Translations under genes and position numbers: made by a program
Shown: one piece after another, positions 59,964 to 64,000 of the stretch
How positions within the stretch are numbered: position 1 is the stretch's first letter
Layout: each line of letters opens with the position of its first letter
The notes under the pieces: model-generated
Seen by the model: the letters and a program-made list of their open reading frames with translations, nothing else
Told to the model about the DNA's origin: nothing
Database searches by the model: none
Origin: Candidatus Latescibacterota bacterium
Lineage (GTDB): Bacteria > Latescibacterota > UBA2968
Length of the DNA: 64,000 nt
Reading direction: 5' to 3'
NCBI GenBank assembly: GCA_965204375.1
Contig: OZ241986.1
Span: forward strand, 1,216,001-1,280,000

Positions 59964-61721
59964 ATGCCCTGGGATAGCGAGAGCTTGTTGCAGCAACTCG
60001 AACTTGGCGAGGATAGCCGCGTCGAGTTCAAAGAAGCCGTATTCACCGGCAACCGCGTCAGTGCGCTTCATCGGGACTCCATCGCCGACGAGTTGGCTGC
60101 TTTTGGCAATACCATTGGTGGCACATTGATCTTCAGTGTATCGGATGCCGGTGAGGTCCGGGCGATGAATCGGCAACAGATGGATGCGTTGGAAGCCTTT
60201 GTCAGCGAGATTTGTTCGGATAGCATCCGTCCCCCGCTGGCGTTTGTCACCCAACGGCTGGTTCTGGCGGATGGTTCGTTCGTATTGATCGTCGAAGTTG
60301 AACAGAGTGCGCTGGTACACAAGAGTCCTGGAGGATACTTCATACGACAGGGCAGTGCCAGGCGGGAGCTTTCGTCGGAAGCATTGCACCGCCTGTTTCA
60401 ACAACGGGGGCGTTCAGGCCTCCTTGGCCCTGACGAAGCGATTGTAACTGGAACTGGACCCAATACGCTTGACGCGACGCTTGTGGACCGTTTCTTGAGC
60501 TCGCGCGCCACTGAGCCTACCGACGCTCAACTCGCAAAGCTGGGACTGGTGCGGGAGGATGACAGCGGTGTGATTCGTGCAACGGTTGCCGGGGTGCTAC
60601 TTTGCACGGCGCGTCCGGATGAGCACATACGCGGTGCGATGATCGAAGCCGTTCGCTATCGCGGCACAGTGCTTGGTCGCGCGAGCCAGCACGACGCGGC
60701 GTCAATCACTGGTCCATTGGACCAGCAGGTCCGCGACGCCATCAATTTCGCCAGGCTCAACACGCGGGTGGCGGCGCGCAAAGACCCTGGGCGGGTGGAA
60801 GTCCCGCAATTTAGTCCGCGGGCGGTGTTCGAGGCCATCGTCAACGCCGTGGTTCATCGCGACTACTCAATAGAGAGTGCGAAGATACGGCTCTTTATCT
60901 TTGACGATCGGCTTGAGTTATACTCTCCGGGTGCCCTGCCCAACACGCTGCCTATCGAAGCCATGCGAAATCGACAAGCCACCCGCAACGAAACGCTCGC
61001 GTCTGTCTTCCGTATGCTTGCAGTAGGGGATATCGTCGGTGCTGGTGACCGGCAGTACTTTCTGGAGCAACGCGGCGAAGGTGTTCCGATTATCTATGAG
61101 CAGACGCGTGATCTGACAGGGCGCGATCCGGATTACGAACTGCTTGATGGCGCAGAACTGCGGCTGACAATACCGTCCGCCCGTCCGCCGGTAACGGGCA
61201 CTGAAGGTGAGGTGTCGGTATCTGCCGAGGGGCGGCCACTCGCGGGTGCAAAGGTCGTTGCGCTGTATCCCAACAAGACCTGGATGGAAGGGGAGACCGA
61301 TACGTTCGGTCGGGTCGGTTTCGGGTTTCACTCGGAACTCCCCATCACTGTTTTCTGCGCGGCACCGGGGCACAGAGCTTCTGTGGAGCGAGATTGGCAC
61401 CCGCCAGAACCGCTCTCTGTACAGCTCGAGACGTTGCCGATGGGAGGATCAGAGATTTTCACGGAAAGAACAGGTCATTTGCCCGATTTGACCGGGCGAC
61501 TAAATCCGATCCTTGACGACCTTGATCGCATGTACCTTCATGCGACGAATATTGCCATTGACGAAGGTAAGCAGCAACCCGTTTACTTCAAATTGAATCA
61601 GCCCTTGCGGCTCACGGATGTCAACGGTTCTGAGTGGATTGTGCGGTTTGTTGAGATGATTGGGAGGTCGGCACTGTTGGAATACGAGCCCCCGGATAAC
61701 AGACGGAGGACCGATGAATAG
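59964..61721 (+). CDS. Schlafen/AlbA_2 plus HATPase_c_4 protein with atypical beta-rich C-terminal extension
   Basis: GEDSRVEFKE, AFGNTIGGTLIFSVSD, EAIVNAVVHRDYS, SPGALP, RN, EQRGEG; about 175 further residues where a winged HTH usually sits. Confidence 0.85.
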   Translation: MPWDSESLLQQLELGEDSRVEFKEAVFTGNRVSALHRDSIADELAAFGNTIGGTLIFSVSDAGEVRAMNRQQMDALEAFVSEICSDSIRPPLAFVTQRLVLADGSFVLIVEVEQSALVHKSPGGYFIRQGSARRELSSEALHRLFQQRGRSGLLGPDEAIVTGTGPNTLDATLVDRFLSSRATEPTDAQLAKLGLVREDDSGVIRATVAGVLLCTARPDEHIRGAMIEAVRYRGTVLGRASQHDAASITGPLDQQVRDAINFARLNTRVAARKDPGRVEVPQFSPRAVFEAIVNAVVHRDYSIESAKIRLFIFDDRLELYSPGALPNTLPIEAMRNRQATRNETLASVFRMLAVGDIVGAGDRQYFLEQRGEGVPIIYEQTRDLTGRDPDYELLDGAELRLTIPSARPPVTGTEGEVSVSAEGRPLAGAKVVALYPNKTWMEGETDTFGRVGFGFHSELPITVFCAAPGHRASVERDWHPPEPLSVQLETLPMGGSEIFTERTGHLPDLTGRLNPILDDLDRMYLHATNIAIDEGKQQPVYFKLNQPLRLTDVNGSEWIVRFVEMIGRSALLEYEPPDNRRRTDE

Positions 61722-62004
61722 AGATGATGTTCTGAATGTGCTCCGAGCGCACAAGGCGATCCTGTCACAACGCTTTGGCGTCACAGAACTCGCCTTATTT
61801 GGATCGGTTGTTCGCAATCAGGCATCGGAAGACAGCGATATCGACATCCTGGTTCGTTTCGATGGACCTGCAACCTCAAAAGCCTATTTCGGCACTCAGT
61901 TCTATCTGGAGGACCTGCTGGGGCATCCGGTTGATCTAGTCACCAACAAGGCATTGCGGGCAGAACTGCGTCCTTATGTAGAGAGGGAGGCAGTCAATGT
62001 TTAA
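61714..62004 (+). CDS. MNT-family minimal nucleotidyltransferase antitoxin
   Basis: LFGSVVR...SDIDILV, VDLVT; overlaps the upstream stop codon. Confidence 0.9.
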   Translation: MNRDDVLNVLRAHKAILSQRFGVTELALFGSVVRNQASEDSDIDILVRFDGPATSKAYFGTQFYLEDLLGHPVDLVTNKALRAELRPYVEREAVNV

Positions 62005-62071
62005 TGCCGGACAGGAACCACGGGAGTGGCACTTGTATGTGGGGGCTATAATCGAAATGGACACGGGTTGA
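61997..62071 (+). pseudogene. Truncated HepT/DUF86 toxin remnant
   Basis: ATG overlapping the MNT stop; reads MFNAGQEPREWHLYVGAIIEMDTG*; REWxxY resembles the DUF86 N-terminus. Confidence 0.55.
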
Positions 62072-62101
62072 CAAATCGAGACTAATACTCTATTCTATAA
62101 T
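62068..62101 (+). promoter_or_regulatory. Putative sigma70 promoter of the membrane-protein pair
   Basis: TTGACA-17 nt-TATTCT with an adjacent TATAAT. Confidence 0.55.
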
Positions 62102-62160
62102 ACCTTGTCAATATCAGAAAGAGTAAGCCAGATACCAGAAGGATATTTAGCGAATCCAAT

Positions 62161-62565
62161 ATGGCAAACATAAAAATCAAGTGGCTCATCTATACTGTAC
62201 TTGTAGGTGTAATACCTGCTCTCTTGCGAATATTGATATGGTTTATCTCACAGGACAGAACGATGGACATTTTCAACGCCTCAGACTTCGTGGCGTTTGG
62301 ATTGATTTTACATATATCCAATATCAATGAGATAGAGCATTTCAATGATCACGAAAAATCATGGAAAACAATTCAAAACGGAATCTCAATTGGTTTTATA
62401 TCACTCTATAGCGTCTTATTCACGGCTTACTTATTGGGACAGTCTAACCCTGGATTAATCAGGGGTGAGACCATAAAATATATTTCTATGGTCTCCAGTC
62501 TTGTGTCGTTTCTCTTGAGTTTCTCCGTATATAATAGAGTATCGAAACTGGTTGAGGAGGAATAA
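62161..62565 (+). CDS. Hypothetical 4-TM membrane protein
   Basis: 134 aa, AT-rich, four hydrophobic segments; SDFVAFGLILHISNINEIEH. Confidence 0.82.
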   Translation: MANIKIKWLIYTVLVGVIPALLRILIWFISQDRTMDIFNASDFVAFGLILHISNINEIEHFNDHEKSWKTIQNGISIGFISLYSVLFTAYLLGQSNPGLIRGETIKYISMVSSLVSFLLSFSVYNRVSKLVEEE

Positions 62566-62566
62566 A

Positions 62567-62683
62567 ATGTTTGAAACTATCCTTATCATAGTCTCAATTT
62601 TGGTTGCAATAATGGGTGTTGGTGTGGCGACCTGGTCTATTATGGACACGAGAAAACGGTTGAACGATAAATCTGAGGGATAG
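62567..62683 (+). CDS. 38-aa single-TM microprotein
   Basis: Not in the ORF track. GAGGAGG RBS; MFETILIIVSILVAIMGVGVATWSIMDTRKRLNDKSEG. Confidence 0.7.
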   Translation: MFETILIIVSILVAIMGVGVATWSIMDTRKRLNDKSEG

Positions 62684-62872
62684 ACCACAGGTGCTGAAAA
62701 GCCCAATTTTTGATTCACATTCGCCCCTTGGCAGTACGTCTTGCTCCTCTCGCACAGCGAGGGTAATCATGAGTGAGACCGATCCCCTGGGGCTTTTTTT
62801 TCGGAGGCTTGAGTTAAATGGCCCGAAGGACACGCGCCAGATCCCCCAAAACTATGGTAGAGGCATGGAGAA

Positions 62873-63694
62873 CTACCCATAGGCCATTTCGGGATGTTTT
62901 CCGAGAACGCGCAGGAGGCGTTCGTCGGCGCCTTCGAGGACGTAATCTGGCATGTGATAGTTGAGATAGGGCCAGAATCGCTGGGCGACGAAACGCTGAC
63001 CATAGACCTGATGGAAGAGGTAGCGGATGCGGTCGGATGTATTGGGGGCACCGCGGTGCCAGGTCTGGCTGCTGAGGAGGTAGAGGTCTCCCGCTTTCAT
63101 GAGCAGGGATTGGGGTCCACGACCGTCGAAGGTTGGGTTTTCCGGATCGTTGGGTTGCCTACCTGCATAGTGGCTGCCAGGCACGAATTGGCTGGGCCCA
63201 TACTGGTCTTCATCCTGGTCTGTCAGGGCAATCTGGAACGACATGCGGAAAACGGGCATTCGAAGACGCCTGTCATGGCTGCTGATATTGTCGTCTGTAA
63301 TTGGAAATTCCAGGCTGTCATCTACGTGAAAGCGGTTAATGCCCAGATCTTTGCGGTTCAAGATGCATCCCTGAGCCATGCAGTGGCACTGGGCACCGAG
63401 AACTGTTTCGGCGATGGATATGATAGGCTCGCGCACGAGCAGGTCGCGGAACATCCGATCGCATTCAAATAGCCGATGCACAACGATGGGTTCTTTGCCG
63501 TTGTGCTGTGGCTTTATTTTTACGTTTCGCATTTCGGCGAAATAGGGTTCTGCGAAGATCTGATCGACGCGTCTGCATATTTGCTCGCATTCTTCCCGGG
63601 AGAGGACATTTCGGATGATGGTTGCGCCATTTTTGTAAAAGTCCTCGAGAATCGGCGATAGTTCTTCTTCGGTAAAGGGTTCGTGAAGTGACAT
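62873..63694 (-). CDS. Phytanoyl-CoA dioxygenase (PhyH) family protein
   Basis: FHVD, VPGSH, WHRG. Confidence 0.9.
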   Translation of the reverse strand: MSLHEPFTEEELSPILEDFYKNGATIIRNVLSREECEQICRRVDQIFAEPYFAEMRNVKIKPQHNGKEPIVVHRLFECDRMFRDLLVREPIISIAETVLGAQCHCMAQGCILNRKDLGINRFHVDDSLEFPITDDNISSHDRRLRMPVFRMSFQIALTDQDEDQYGPSQFVPGSHYAGRQPNDPENPTFDGRGPQSLLMKAGDLYLLSSQTWHRGAPNTSDRIRYLFHQVYGQRFVAQRFWPYLNYHMPDYVLEGADERLLRVLGKHPEMAYG

Positions 63695-63709
63695 GGGATA
63701 TTCCTCTAC

Positions 63710-64000
63710 TCAAATCGCGCCTTTGGGTACGCCTTTGCCGACGTGGGGAAGCAGGCCTTGGATCGGTTGCCCGGGCACGAGTTTTCCATTCTGAACAAAT
63801 CCCTCTGGACGACCCGTGAGTTCCTCGATCAGTTGATCGCGCCACCAGGCCAATCGGTCGGGACGATCGCTGGACAGATCGTTGATTTCGCGGGGATCTT
63901 CGGTTAGATCGAAGAGTAATTCTTTTCCCGTCTGGGTAAACCAGGCGTACTTCTCTTTGCCATCCGTAAGCCATTGATTGGCGGATGTCGCGTGTTCTCC
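63710..64000 (-). CDS. Sulfatase, C-terminal part (partial at window edge)
   Basis: Manual translation GEH...WLTDGKEKYAWFTQTGKELLFDLTEDPREINDL...GRPEGFV. Confidence 0.8.
   Translation of the reverse strand, partial: GEHATSANQWLTDGKEKYAWFTQTGKELLFDLTEDPREINDLSSDRPDRLAWWRDQLIEELTGRPEGFVQNGKLVPGQPIQGLLPHVGKGVPKGAI

Noticed and set aside
63465-63974. 169-aa minus-strand ORF in the track
   Set aside because: Wrong frame; the sulfatase C-terminus (stop at 63710) and PhyH explain the region.

Overview
Bacterial chromosomal window of moderate GC. Gene content (sulfatases, many Gfo/Idh/MocA oxidoreductases, a DUF6785-type membrane protein, an internalin-like LRR protein, a DGGGP-synthase-like UbiA protein, PhyH) suggests an FCB-related lineage such as Latescibacterota or Poribacteria, possibly a sponge symbiont; this is inference only. 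The backbone carries ligA, an XPB-like helicase, alr, sbcDC, glnS, proS and four tRNAs (Ala-GGC, Pro-TGG, Gln-TTG, Glu-TTC). Accessory regions: (1) 958-11145, downstream of tRNA-Ala: a candidate defence operon of an Eco57I/type IIG-like N6-adenine methyltransferase with an apparently degenerate nuclease motif, an McrA-like HNH nuclease and a DUF4926-PLD-SNF2 helicase fusion, plus a coiled-coil/2-TM gene. (2) 11429-12950: an AT-rich cassette with no transposase, bounded by 20-bp inverted repeats. (3) 33211-33906: a toxin-antitoxin (TA) pair. (4) 38146-42830: McrBC embedded among broken TA modules and an AbiE-like pair. (5) 59964-62683: a Schlafen/AlbA_2-HATPase protein with an unusual beta-rich C-terminus, an MNT antitoxin, a truncated HepT and a 4-TM plus microprotein pair. 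A recurring pattern is defence-type cargo joined to truncated TA genes. No CRISPR array, rRNA, integrase or transposase was seen. All family assignments come from motifs recognised by eye; no searches were run.
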